From Octopus sinensis (lineage: Eukaryota): a stretch of 64,000 bases of DNA. The notes under the pieces were generated by a model. The model was given only the letters and a program-made list of their open reading frames with translations. It made no database searches and was not told where the DNA came from. The first letter of the stretch is position 1. The number at the start of each line of letters is the position of its first letter. Positions 12,413 through 25,679 of the stretch are shown here, piece after piece. The stretch lies in contig NC_043004.1 in the NCBI RefSeq assembly GCF_006345805.1, positions 82,274,001-82,338,000 on the forward strand, in the 5' to 3' direction. Position numbers and translations under genes: made by a program.

Positions 12413-15400
12413 CAGGATACACAAACATTTGTGAAGATGACTTTAAAATAGCAATCATCCACGCACTACACCACCCAAACACATCAAAATACTACACATC
12501 CCAAACCACAACACCACAAACTCAAAGCCCTCTTCCCAAATGCTGTAGGGGGTTTCCAGAATATCTGTCCCAAAAACTATATAAAACCGAACAAACCTCC
12601 TCGAAGACACATCAAAGAACGAGGAAAGCAAACTTTCGACACAAGTAAGTAACTCTCTGTACTTTCATTGTGTGTTTTAAGCACACACCCCAATAGAATC
12701 ATGGTCAAGATTGGTTGTGTGAATGCGCGTGGCTTGGGGTCTCCTTGGAAACAAGGATACCTCCTAAATGACATCAAGTCACATGATCTGGGAATCATAG
12801 CCATAAGTGAGACCAGACTCCACGAGCCACGGGCCCTAAAGTCCATGTTTGGCGGACAGTTTAACATTTATTTCGCTCCCTGTCTGTCGGGGATGGGCGG
12901 TAGTAGCACCGCGGTACTTTTTCAAAAGAGCCTGGATCTCGAAGTCAAGACGATATTCGTAGACCCGGAGGGTAGACTGATCGTTCTGGATGTTGACGAC
13001 AGCAATGGGTGCGCTTTTCGACTCGTATCAGTCTACGCACCGCCCTTAACAGGTCGGGCGGATTTCTTTCGACGTCTAGAAGTATTCTTGGGAACGTCTC
13101 GTCCTTTACTCTTAGTGGGGGATTGGAATGCTACCTTGGACACGCATGTAGACTACGTGGGTAGAGACAGAAACAGAAGGGGATGCAAATGCCTCAGAGA
13201 CCTGCTCAGACGATTCCAACTGTCTGACAGGTACCGACTCGACCACCCAAATGCACCAACGTGGACATGGAGCAACCGCGGTGGGTCGTCGATCGTATCT
13301 AGATGGATACTGTGTAGGACAGTAGACAAGGATAACTTAGGATGTCCACAATTCCACACAGTCAGCTACACGGATCACAAATTGGTGACGTGTACGCTAG
13401 ACTTAGATAAGGCACATATACAGGGTCCTGGGTACTGGAAACTGAACGCATCATTCCCGTCCAGACAAGTTTTCAGAGACCGGATTAGCACACTAGTAAA
13501 GAGGGCTTTGACGGGAGCCATCATCAACAACAAATGGTGGTTTGCCCTCAAGAGAGCAGTAAAAGCAGAAGCGATTAGGTACAGCAAAGCACTAGCCATA
13601 GATAGAAATAGAGTAGAGGGTGAGAGCTAGTTAAGAAGCTAGAAGAGGCAATTAGAAGCGGCATCGCATCCGACGTTTTGGCGGCGAGGTTGGCCCTCGA
13701 CCAACACTTCAACGCCAAACACGAAGGATGTGCTGTCAGAGCTAGGATGCGTGCTCTAAGGAACGAAGGTGTTGGAGCCGCGAGAGAGGCCCGGTGGCAG
13801 AGGCGCAACAGGGCAACAAAGCCACCATTCGGTCACTGGTAGATGAACAGGGCGCGAATTGCTCGAGCCAAGTAAAATGTGTGAGGCCTTTCAGCAGCTT
13901 TTGCCCGACTGTTCGGGACGAGTGGAGGGCAAGAACGTAGGGTAGACTTCAGTGCCTACCTACATAGCCTGCCACGACTCTCGACAAGAAAGGCAGGGTG
14001 CTGCGAAGGTGCCATCACGGCGGCGGAAGTGCGGGAAGCGATGGCAGAATGCTCGAGGGACAAATCACCGGGTTTGGATGTCTACCCTACGAATTTTACT
14101 ATTGTATGCCAGACTTGTTTGGAGACGTCTTGGCAGCGGTATACTGCAACTGGCAGCAAAACGGGAGCATACCCGGTTTTGTGAGTCGAGGAGCTGTAAC
14201 TCTGCTGAAGAAAGATCCAAACAAGGGAAACATTATAGATAACTTTAGGCCAATCACTCTGCTCAATGCAGACCTGAAAATTTTGACAAAGGTGTTAGCC
14301 AAGAGGTTGGCGCTTGTCATGGAGAAACTGGTCGACAACGCACAAACGTGCGCCGTGCCGGGCCGGAGCATCCATGACAACCTCCATCTGATGCGCTACA
14401 TCATAGACAGGGTAGTTAACGAACCTGGCATGGGTGGGGCCCTGATCAACTTGGATCAATCGAAAGCCTTTGATAGGGTAGACCATCGATACTTGGAGGC
14501 AGTCCTGAGAGCGGCTGGTTTCGGTCCCGTCTTCCGCGGCTGGATAGCTGCCTTGTACAGGGGCATCCGTTCGGTAATTCGCGTAAATGGACATCTATCG
14601 AGACCCTTCGACATTGCACGTTCGGTCCGTCAGGGATGCCCCCTCTCGCGCTTCTATACGTATTGACTCTTGAGCCACTACTGCGGAAGCTGGCGACTCT
14701 GAGGGGCATCCCGCGAGAATTAGGATGCGGGACGAGCGTGTCTGCATACGCGGACGACGTCACCGTCATAGTGTCAAGCCACGAGCACATCGAGCGGGTC
14801 GGCGAGACACTGAAAGACTACGAAGCGGTGACAGAGCAAAAATCAACCGGGAAAAGTCAGTGGGCTTGCGGCTCGGCACCTGGAGAAGCAAGCCCATGCC
14901 GTCCACCAGTACCTCCGTCGTGGGACGCTGGACAGACGGCCCGGTTGAGTTGCTCGGGGTCTGGTTCGGTCCGGACCTCCAATGGAGAAGAACTGGAACG
15001 AGATAACGAGTAGGGTGGTCACTCTCGCCCAGCAATGGGCCGAGAGAGGAAACTGTCCCTAAAAGGTCGGGCGGAGGTGGTGAACGCGTACATCGCGTCC
15101 ATCATCTACTACCGCCTGACCGTCGTACCTTGTCCCGACCCTACCATCACCAAACTAGAACGCATCCTCTTCCGCTTCTTGTGGAAAGGATGCGTCCCGA
15201 TGGTCAGGCGATCCATTTGCTGTCAACACCCGTTAAAAGGAGGGGGCTGGGCATGCCGTGGTTGATGATGCGCAGACACGCGCTGAGACTGCGACATCTC
15301 CGGCTCTATGTAGACGACGGTGAACAGGTGTGGTCGCCGTTTGTGAGGCACGCATTCCCGCAACTCGTCTCCATGACCGAACTGCAGTCGTGGATCAAAA

Positions 15401-16506
15401 AGAGGCCCGAGGAAGGGCGAATGGCACCGCGAGTGTCGCGTTGCTCTCAAGCAACTCTGCCGTCCCGGGTCGACCTTGAGTGACTTCAACACAACCAAAG
15501 CATTCTATAGGGGATTAGTGGAGGGGAGGTACGACGACGAGCTCGGGGCAAACCTGGCGTCGACGAGGAATACCTGACCCGCCTGTTTCAAACGACTTTC
15601 GGCCCGGGACTATGGACAACTTCCAGAGATCCCTGGCCTGGCGGTGCTACCGAGAAGCGCTACCCGTTCGGGATAAGCTCTATAGGCATGGCTCGAGAAA
15701 CACGGGGCCGACCTGCCGAGATGCGGGCAGAGCGACGAAACCGCTCTGCACGCAATCGTGCAGTGTCCAGCAATTTCCCACCTGTGGGCTTATGTCGAAC
15801 GACTGCTGTCACGTGTGGAACGTGTCGTTTATCAGCCGAGTCTATCGTTAATATCGTCACGCCTCCTTCCTTCAAACGGGAAGGAAGAGCTATTTTATCA
15901 TACTTGTGGCTATGGCGAAAGAATGTATCTGGTGGACGCGTCTGAAAGGATTAGAGACAAACACTTTCCTCTCTGGTCAATCTCTCATCAACTTCTTCAA
16001 GTATCACTTGAAGAAAAAAGTAGAGTGAGAGTAGAGAGGCAAGTTTTGTCTAGTGAATGTTTTAAAAAAGATGGGTGAATGTAGCAAGGATGGCACGTAT
16101 GAATGACGAAGCCACCTTGACTATGATTCTATGAACCGTAAAAATTAATACAGAGAGTTGCTTATTTGCAAAAAAAAAAAAAAGAAATTATAAACATGTG
16201 ACTTCATTGACCGAGGTTACAGTGGTTTTCCGTAGGCTTTTCTTTCCACGGGTAAACACTCACCTGTCTCCCCTTTACACTTCATATTGACATTCTGTGA
16301 TAACGATCCTATTGATCAATTTTTTTTTTCCTCCCCCTTTTTTTTTACCCCCCCCTTTTTTTGTCCTCTTTCTCTCCTTTTTACGATCCCTTTTGTTCGA
16401 CCCCGCCTTTTTTTTAATTTTAAAATTTTTTTTTACCTTCAAAAGAAAGGCTCTACCTTGTAATTTGTTCTATCTGTGTGCAGCCCTGTGGGCTAATAAA
16501 GAAACA

Positions 16507-16507
<1 letters not shown>
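12413..16507 (+). mobile_element. 5'-truncated Tx1/L1-clade LINE (end of ORF1, ORF2 12701-16134 with frameshifts, 3' UTR)
   Basis: APE motifs (GCVNARGL, AISETRL, LVGDWNA), RT motifs (FRPITLLNAD, DQSKAFDRVDH, RQGCPLS, YADD) and a C-terminal CCHC. Flanked by (TATC)n on both sides. Confidence 0.92.
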
Positions 16508-16538
<31 letters not shown>

Positions 16539-18149
16539 AATCTATAGTTATCTATCTATCAATCTATCTATCTATCTATCTATCCATATATATATATATA
16601 TATACATATATATACGCACGCATTCACACACATATCTATCTACCTATCTATCTATATGGAATTAAACGCAGGTGATATTCAAATTCTTTTTCTTCCGACA
16701 CATGTTTCGTAGATAACACTGGAATTATTCCAAGGGAATAAAATGGTGTAAAACAATGTAATCTTCTCTTCGGGGAAATGAAGAAATGTTTATCCCATCC
16801 CTGCTGACTTTTAGTTCATGCAATTGAAAAAAAGACACATTATTTATGGGATGACCGAATATATACATATATGCATGTATTTTTTGTTAAAGCTGCAAAA
16901 ACGTCACAAAAGACTGTAACCAAGGATCTCTTTCTGACGAGCAATAACCAAACTACATAAGATATTACTATCTAATCATTTATTATTATGACTCGGTTCC
17001 AACCTGAACTACAGCAACAAAGTATCTTCTTTACATAGGGCTTCTGGATAATTAGAACGTATCTGAGAGAGACACACACACTCAGAAACATATATGCATA
17101 CGCAGAAATACCCCTCTTTTAAACGTCCCGTGGACGATATACTAAAATTTAAGCAGTTGGATATACTGAATATATTCCTAACTGTTTTTTTTAATCTTAG
17201 CTAATAACAGCCCGTTTTCCGTTGCTGTTTCCTGTCTAATCTCAGATCTGTCCTGACTAAACAGATAGTTAGATCTAAGCGTATAAGCATTCCAGCCGTC
17301 ACCTTCGCGTTTTATATTTCCGCGTCTGGAAAATTTACCGTAAGAAATTTCACCACATGTGAGAATTCGCTTTAGGAGAAATTGACCGTATCGAAAATAT
17401 CAAAACGTATTATATCAACATTTCCTGAAATATAAAAAGAGACTTATAAAAGGTTTTATAAAAGCATTAAATGCACAAATCTTTATTCAAAGTCAAACAT
17501 TAACATAAATCTGATGAGGTAATTTAAAATGAAATTTCTTAAGGCAAATTTTCTTACAGAAAAGCGTTTTCGGAAAAATTTCCTATAACCTTATATTTCA
17601 TGATAGGTTATGATCTACAGGCTAAACTATCGATTTCAAGGCAGAGTATTAGAATATGTTACCGATTCCAGTTTTAGAATAGAACATTTTATTCTTAATC
17701 GATTCAGTAGAACGAAAAACAAATCTGATTCTGCTAGTATGTGAACTCAGAATTTAAAAATCCGGAAGAATATAAGATCTGGCGTTTTCCCAACGCTCTA
17801 ATAACTGTGCCAGCGCACTGCCCTTATCCTAGACATCATAATACAAGATGTTTTTTACTTTTTTAAGTTCGTTTGATGTGATTTTGGAAAAGGCATGCCA
17901 TTTTCTTGTAGGTAAAGGAAGCTAATTCAATGAGGAAGAAATTTGTAGGAACTTGCATTCATCTGGTTAAATTTATTACTTGTAATTATTAAGAAAGGTT
18001 TCGATAGGTATAGGCATAACTATGTCGTAAGAAACTTGCTTCGCAACCATGAGGACTTGAGTTCAGATCCACTGCGTGATACTTTGCACATGTGTGCTCT
18101 AATATCGCCCCAGCTGACCAAAGCCGTGCAGGTGGATTTGATAAACGCA

Positions 18150-18233
18150 AACTATCTATCTACCTATCCATCCATCAATCCATCAATCCATCAATCCATC
18201 CATCTATCCATCCATCCATCCATCTATCCATCC

Positions 18234-18273
<40 letters not shown>

Positions 18274-18302
18274 TCTGTCTGTCTGTCAGTTTATCCCGGT
18301 CC

Positions 18303-18335
<33 letters not shown>

Positions 18336-18445
18336 ATCTATCTATCATCTATCTATATATCTATCTATAATCTATCTATCTATCTATCTATCTATTATCT
18401 ATCTATCATCATCATCTATCTATCTATCTATCTATCTATCATCTG

Positions 18446-18498
<53 letters not shown>

Positions 18499-18679
18499 AT
18501 CTATCTATCTATCATCTATATCTATCTATCTATTAATATATACATCTATCTTCTATCTATCTATCTATCTATCTATCTATTCTATTCTATTAATCTATCT
18601 ATCTATCTATCTATCTATCGGCTATCTATCTACTATATTATCTGTCTATCTATCTATCTATCTATCTATCTTCTATCTG

Positions 18680-18730
<51 letters not shown>

Positions 18731-18731
18731 G

Positions 18732-18773
<42 letters not shown>

Positions 18774-18847
18774 ATCTATCTATCTATCTATCTGTCTATC
18801 TATCTATCTATCTATCTATCATCTCTATCTATCTATCTATCTATCAT

Positions 18848-18907
<60 letters not shown>

Positions 18908-18919
18908 ATCTATCTATAT
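18150..18919. repeat. Long degenerate (TATC)n / (CCAT)n / (CTGT)n compound microsatellite
   Basis: Direct inspection. Confidence 0.95.
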
Positions 18920-19925
18920 CGAGTGTCGCGTTGCTCTCAAGCAACTCTGCCGTCCGGATCGAATTGTGCGACTCCATCACCAACAAAGGCATTCTATAGA
19001 GGATTAGGGGGGAGGTGCGACGACGAACTCGGGCAGAGTCTGGGCGTCGACGAGGAACACTGACCCGCCTTGTTCAGGACAACTTTCGGGCCGGGACCTA
19101 TGAACAATCACAAAGATCCCTGGCCTGGCAGTGCTATCGAGAAGCATTACCTGTTCGGGATAAGCTCTACAGACACGGTTCCAGACACACTGGACCGACG
19201 CCCGAGATGCGGTCAGAGGCGACGAAACCGTTCTGCACGCACTCGTGCAATGTCCAACCATTTCCGACCTGTGGGCTTATGCCGAACGGCTGCTGTCACG
19301 TGTGGGGACGAATCCGCTATCGGCCGAGTCTATCGTGAGAAATTGCTCCGCCCCCTTCCCTCAACCGGGAAGGCAAGGAGTTTTCATCGTACTGGTGGCC
19401 ATGGTGAAAGAATGTGTGTGGTGGACTCGAGCGAAAGGATTAGAGACAAACACTTACCTCTCTGGCCAATCGTCATCAACCTTTTTCAAGTACCACTTGA
19501 AAAGGAAGGTGAGAATGGAGAGGGAAGTTTTGTCTCGCGAAAGATTCAAAAAAAGATGGGTGAATGTTGCAAAGATGGTGCGTGCTAGTAACGAAACCAT
19601 TTTGAGCATGATCCTGTAGATCGTAAAAAAAGAAAGAAAGAGAGCATTTTTGACCTCATGTGTTTATTTCCTCCTGACTGGGGTCCCGTGGTCTTTTCTG
19701 TAGGCTTTTCTCCCACGGATGAAACCCAATCTTGTTATATTCAATGTTTACACCATTATTTCTGTGATGATACACGATTTTCCTTTTTTTCCTTTTTTTC
19801 ATCCTCTCGATCCCTTTTGATCGCAGCAATCTTACATTTTTATTTTTTCCACCCTCGAAAGAAAAGCTCTGCATTTTGTATTTGTCCCCTCTGTATTCAG
19901 CCCTGTGTGGCTAATAAAAGAAAGT

Positions 19926-19929
<4 letters not shown>
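18920..19929 (+). mobile_element. 5'-truncated Tx1-like LINE, diverged subfamily
   Basis: Homologous to 38356-39455 (WQCYREALPVRDKL, CPTISDLWAY, VKECVWWTR, FFKYHLKRKVR). (TATC)n on both sides. Confidence 0.9.
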
Positions 19930-20009
<80 letters not shown>

Positions 20010-20499
20010 GTCTGCCTGTCTCTCTGTCGGTGTATATCTTTATCAGCTCGCGCGATTGTTTCTTCATGTTTGTCCCCCGTCACTGTTTGATAACCGGCGA
20101 TTCTTTATTTTTATGTTATCGCAAACCAGCACGGCCTCGGTTTAAAGACCGAAAGAGAAAAGCAAAAGATGGATTATTATATAACGTATTCTTTAACTTA
20201 TTCCTTGTCGAAGCAGGAAAATTATATTACTTTACGAAGGCACCGGAAGTATTATGTGAGTTATCACAATCATAATGTGTGTGTGAGTTGTTTGTTTGCT
20301 TGTTTGTGTGTGTGTGTGTATGTGTTTGGTGTAGTGTGTGTGTGTATACATTCATACATACAATCATTCACACACCACACACACACCCACGCATATATGC
20401 ACGTATGTCGAGTACATGTGACTATCAGCGTTGTGTTTCGTTGTGGCATATTTTTTTCGTAGCGTAAGTTAAATTAATCCTTATTCCTTGTCACAAAAT

Positions 20500-20780
20500 A
20501 TGCAAACTTTTGGCTACAGAATATAATTACCACGAAGCAAATTGTATACTGCTATATATAATTTGGATTCTAAACATCCACATTCCATACTAAAGAAGAT
20601 AAAGCATCTACTCAGTAGCCTTGGCCAGGAAATATTAACGAATTTCACAATCAATATTTAAACAATCAACGCCATTTTACAAAGAAGCCCTAAAATTAGC
20701 GGATGGAAGCGACTACAGAAGCCATACAAATTAACTGAACAACTAATACAAAGCACAAAATGTTATGTAACACAGTCTAA
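20500..20780 (+). pseudogene. Degraded Penelope-like element RT-thumb fragment
   Basis: Stretches translating LYINLDSKHPHSILKKIK and YKEALKL resemble the PLE motif YI...SNHP.SI.K.I...Y..AL..SG. Confidence 0.5.
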
Positions 20781-20989
20781 AGTCGTTTTAAATTAAATGC
20801 TGTGACAAATATAGAAAAAAATCTTAACATTAATTATTAGACACTTCCCTACCGATGACATGTATTACAATATATAAGAAGTAAAGAAATATATATATAT
20901 ATATGTATGTATATATATATATATATATATAAAAACATGATGCTTACAATTATCAAGTACTCACCCCGAATTTCTATACTCTTTTACTC

Positions 20990-21175
20990 TTTACTCTTTT
21001 ACTTGTTTCAGTCATTTGACTGCGGCCATGCTGGAGCACCGCCTTTAGTCGAGCAAATCAACCCCGGGACTTATTCTTTGAAAGCCCAGTACTTATTCTA
21101 TCGGTCTCTTTTTTTGCCGAACCGCTAAGTAACGGGGACGTAAACACACAAGCAATGCTAGGGGGACAAACACAG

Positions 21176-21217
<42 letters not shown>

Positions 21218-21320
21218 GACAGGCTTCTTTCAGTTTCCGTCTACCAAATCCACTCACAAGGCATTGGTCGGCCCGGGGCTATAGCAGAAGACACTTGCCC
21301 AAGATGCCACGCAGTGGGAC
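20990..21320 (-). mobile_element. OK-type SINE
   Basis: Reverse complement carries the body (GGCCGACCAATGCCTTGTGAGTGGATTTGGTAGACGG) and the tail GGCGGTGCTCCAGCATGGCCGCAGTCAAATGACTGAAAC. Confidence 0.85.
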
Positions 21321-21327
21321 TGATGGG

Positions 21328-21359
<32 letters not shown>

Positions 21360-21367
21360 TTATATAT

Positions 21368-21690
21368 AGTGGCCGACTGGGTCTAAAAATATTAGTTGCT
21401 AGGAGCCTAAGGGTTGGGGACCCACCCGCAAGTGCAAGAGGACCCACCCGCCACTATGAGCGGGCCCACCCGCGGTTATAATGCTATCATTTAATTTTTT
21501 AAAAGTACTCTTTTCAAATGTCTACAAACACACCTAGGATGAAGTAATTAATGCCTTCTTCCAGTGGTGAATAAAAAATTCTCAAATCTGAAGGGATGGG
21601 GCCCCTAAATACTAACTTGGACCCCCATATATGGATTCTAATAGCGCAGGGGCCCATTTGCACCAGTAGCCTAGTAACCTGGCCAGTCCT

Positions 21691-21692
<2 letters not shown>
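21368..21692. mobile_element. Possible hAT-type MITE
   Basis: Imperfect inverted ends (AGTGGCCGACTGGG ... CTGGCCAGTCC), repeated GGGCCC/GGACCC subterminal motifs, flanked by (TA)n. Confidence 0.4.
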
Positions 21693-21758
<66 letters not shown>

Positions 21759-22189
21759 TTATGTGAAATAGAAAGATGATAATCTTGTAGTAGATTAATC
21801 AAAAGTTTAACCGATACCTTAGTAGCAAAAATCACAGCAGTAAACAGCACGGTTGGAGGTACAACCATATGGTGTTGCAACCGTGCGTTGGTGCGGATAA
21901 TTGAAATTAAAATATTATTGGTGAATTGAAGAAATGGAGCGTTTCGCCATGGGCTCTTAGGAGCCTAGTTCGATTTGTTTTTGCTCCGCCTCTGTTCTGT
22001 TTTTGTTTTTTCCAACGGATTTCCTATTTTCTTCCTGAAGAGAAGACACAATATGGTCCCATTATTCAATCGGATTTTGGTAAATTGTGCCTTTCGAAAA
22101 CACGTGTAGAATGAAATAAAACGATTTTCGTTCAATCTGCGTTCAGCTCCATTTCTTCAATTCACCAAATATATATATATATATATTAT

Positions 22190-22225
<36 letters not shown>

Positions 22226-22232
22226 GATAGCA

Positions 22233-22976
22233 TAGGATCTTTTCCTTTGAACGGCACTTTGTAACATAATTTCTAGGTAACTAAAAAGTTTTAAACTTCG
22301 TATACTGATAGAATGTGTTTATAAAACATCATTTTCTCTTGGTTTTATTGAGAAAATTCTATAGTTTGTAAGATATTTCGTCTGAAATTTCGAGCATTTC
22401 GGCAATTTTAACCAATCGATTACCTCTATTGAGCTAAAATCATTTGCTGCGTCTAAAACTGAGACAACATCCTGTCACTAACCCTAAACCTCCCCCTAAC
22501 TCTAACCCTAACCCTAATTTTTTTTCTTAATTGTTAAATTTATTTAATTGTTACGCGTGTAAAAAAAACGAAAGCAATGGAAAATAATTTAAACAATTAA
22601 CAAACAAAATAATTTCATAATTTTATACACACGCTTTCCGTACGTATACGCTTTCGTTTTTTCTTTTTACACGCGTAACAATTAAATTAATTTAAGAATT
22701 AAGAAAAATAAATAGAGTTAGGGTTAGAGTTAGGGGGAGGTTTAAGGTTAATGACAGGATGTTGTCTCAGTTTTGGACGCAGCAAATGATTTTAGTTCAA
22801 TTAGAGGCGATTCATTTGTTAAAATTCGAAAAATTAAACTACGTTAAACAAACGAATTACGATTTTATCAAGAAAGCCAAGAGAAAAAATGTTTTATTTT
22901 GACACATTCTACCAGTATACGAAGTTTTAAAGTGTTTAGTTAACTAGAAATTGTGTTCCTTCAAAGGAAAAGATCC

Positions 22977-22978
<2 letters not shown>
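22233..22978. mobile_element. Foldback MITE with long imperfect inverted arms containing telomere-like (CCCTAA)n
   Basis: Ends TA|GGATCTTTTCCTTTGAA ... TTCAAAGGAAAAGATCC|TA. Arms of about 330 bp surround a spacer of about 75 bp. CTAACCCTAACCCTAA and TTAGGGTTAG occur in opposite arms. Confidence 0.85.
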
Positions 22979-23037
<59 letters not shown>

Positions 23038-23406
23038 TATGTATATATATATATATATTGTAATCTGCCTTTGCAAAATTCTTTATGTGAATTCATGTAT
23101 TCAAAGAATTTTGTTGTATCTAGAGATTTTTTAATTTACGTTTTTTGTTTGCCAGAGGTCTTTTGTAGGTAAGTAGCGGTAGATAGTAGGTAAGTAGGTA
23201 TATTCTTTATTCTTTTACTTGTTTCAGTCATTTGACTGCGGCCATGCTGGAGTAATACTTTAATCAAACTAATTGACCCCAGGACTTATAAGTGGTAAGC
23301 CTAGTACTTATTCTATCGGTCTTTTGCTGAAAAGCTAAGCTAGATGGATGTAAACAAAAACCATCATCGGTTGTCAAGCGATGGGGCGGACAAACATAAT
23401 GGACAC

Positions 23407-23450
<44 letters not shown>

Positions 23451-23649
23451 ACAAGTTGAGTTGTAGGGTACCGCACGAGTGGAATTATATACGGAAGAAG
23501 GTTTTTTGACAATCTTTTTCCAAAGAGTGAAACCGGTAAAGTAAATAAACATCTTTTAAAATTGCCTTTTCAAACCTTCTTTCGAATATATATATATACT
23601 GAATAAAAGGTTTTGAATGGTACAACAATGCACTATAATACAAAAAATG

Positions 23650-23790
23650 GATTATATACCTGTTGTAATTTAGTTATCCATAGTCTGATGATATTTCGGA
23701 ATGAAATTCCTTCATCAGATATTATTAGATATATATTCCGAAATATCATATCAGACTATGGATGACTTAATTACAACAGGCATATAGGCA
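23650..23790 (-). mobile_element. PLE-type terminus: inverted repeat containing a minimal hammerhead
   Basis: Arms 23654-23702 and 23735-23790. Minus strand 23688-23722 reads CTGATGA-A-GGAAT-ttc-ATTCC-GAAA-TA-TC. Confidence 0.65.
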
Positions 23791-23882
23791 TTACATTTCT
23801 ATTACAGTGCATCATTATTGCATCATGCAAAACTTTTATTCTTTACAAACAATACACAATGCTTCAAGCGAACTACAATACC

Positions 23883-23922
<40 letters not shown>

Positions 23923-24098
23923 ACGACGGGGTTCTTTCAATTTTTCCATCTACCAAATCTACCCACAAGGCTTTGTTCGACCCAAGCCAATAGTAGAAGA
24001 CACGTGGTTAGGTGCCACGCCGTAGGACTGAACACGGAACCATGTGTCTGAGAAGCAAGCTTCTTACCACACAGCCACTCATGTGCCTATATAATATG

Positions 24099-24134
<36 letters not shown>

Positions 24135-24153
24135 ATTATATATATATATATAT

Positions 24154-24185
<32 letters not shown>

Positions 24186-24224
24186 TATATGTGATGCCTA
24201 TGTATGCATATATATATATATATG

Positions 24225-25610
24225 CACCTTCCTTGAAGAGAATGACTTGCTGCCCGACACCAACATGGTTTCCGACCAGGGAGAAGCTGTTAACTCAGCT
24301 CCTACAAACACTATGACTGGGTGCTGAAACGGCTGCTCAACCACTCAAATGTGGAAGTGATATATTTCGACTTTCAAAGGCCTTTGATAAAGTCGATCAT
24401 GGAGTGATATGTCACAAACTGCGTGATCTCAACATAGTTGGAAAACTGGGAGAATGGCTTCATGACTTCTGAAGGATAGAAGTCAGGTGGTAGTGGCCAA
24501 TGGGGCCACCTCCATTAACACACAAATAGTGAGCGGTGTTCCGCAGGGCACTGTTCTGGACCACTACTGTTCATAATGGCCCTCTCAGACATGCCCTCAG
24601 CCACGCAGAGAGCCACGATCACAAGTTATGCAGATGATACAAAAGTTTCACAGGCAATACAGAACCCTGAGGACACTAAACACCTGCAATGTGAGCTGGA
24701 CGAAATATACAAGTGGGCTGAAAGAATAGCATGCAGTTCAATGCTGGAAAGTTTCAAGCTTTATACTATCAGCATGCAAAATGAATGCAATACCCAATGA
24801 ATACACTGGACCCGGAGGGATTGCAATCCCAGAGGCACAATCAGTGCGTGACCTGGGTATTCACATGAGTGATGACGCGACCTTTCATGTACATGTTGCT
24901 AAACTGACAATGAAATGTAGACGGCTGGCTGGCTGGATTCTTAGAACCTTTAGAACAAGAGAACAAGAACCATGATGGTCCTCTGGAAGACACTTGTCCT
25001 AAGCCACTTTGACTATTGCTCTCAGCTATGGTCACCATCCAGTGTCAAGTGATCACAGAACTTGAGGCGATCCAACGAAGCTACAAAAGAAGATAGCCTC
25101 TATGCAGAATGTAAGCTACTGGGAAGACTCAAGAGATTAAAATTATATTCCCTGGAGCGTAGGCGGGAAAGATATGCCATAATATACATCTGGAAGATCC
25201 GGAGGGAAGTGTCCTGAACTTTGGCATCGAGAGTTGCGCAAATGCCAGAACTGGGCGCCACTGCGTGGTGCCTAGGACTCCAAACTTGCCATCAAGATGT
25301 AGGACAAGATTCTGTGATAGCCTGGCTCCGAGGCCCACAGCTCTTCAATATCTCCCTAAGAACCTGAGAGACCTGCATGGGGTGGATACAGATGTCTTTA
25401 AAATGAAGCTGGATCTCTTCCTGTCAGGTGTCCCAGATGAACCAACTTCACGGCAGGAGGGGCAGATGAGGGCAGCTGCATCGAACTCTCTCATGCACCA
25501 AATAGCAGTTGCTAGAAAGCCTCCATGAAGTGAACCAAGTAGCAACACCAAATGGCGGTGCCCCAGCATGGCCACAGCTCATAAGCTGAAACTAGAAATC
25601 AATCAATCAT

Positions 25611-25613
<3 letters not shown>
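24225..25613 (+). mobile_element. 5'-truncated CR1-clade LINE, frameshifted
   Basis: QHGFRPGRSC, KAFDKVDH, SGVPQGTVL, SYADDTKV and LERRRERY motifs. 3' tail GGCGGTGCCCCAGCATGGCCACAGCTCATAAGCTGAAAC followed by (AATC)n. Confidence 0.9.
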
Positions 25614-25649
<36 letters not shown>

Positions 25650-25679
25650 CATATATACACATATTTATATATATATATT

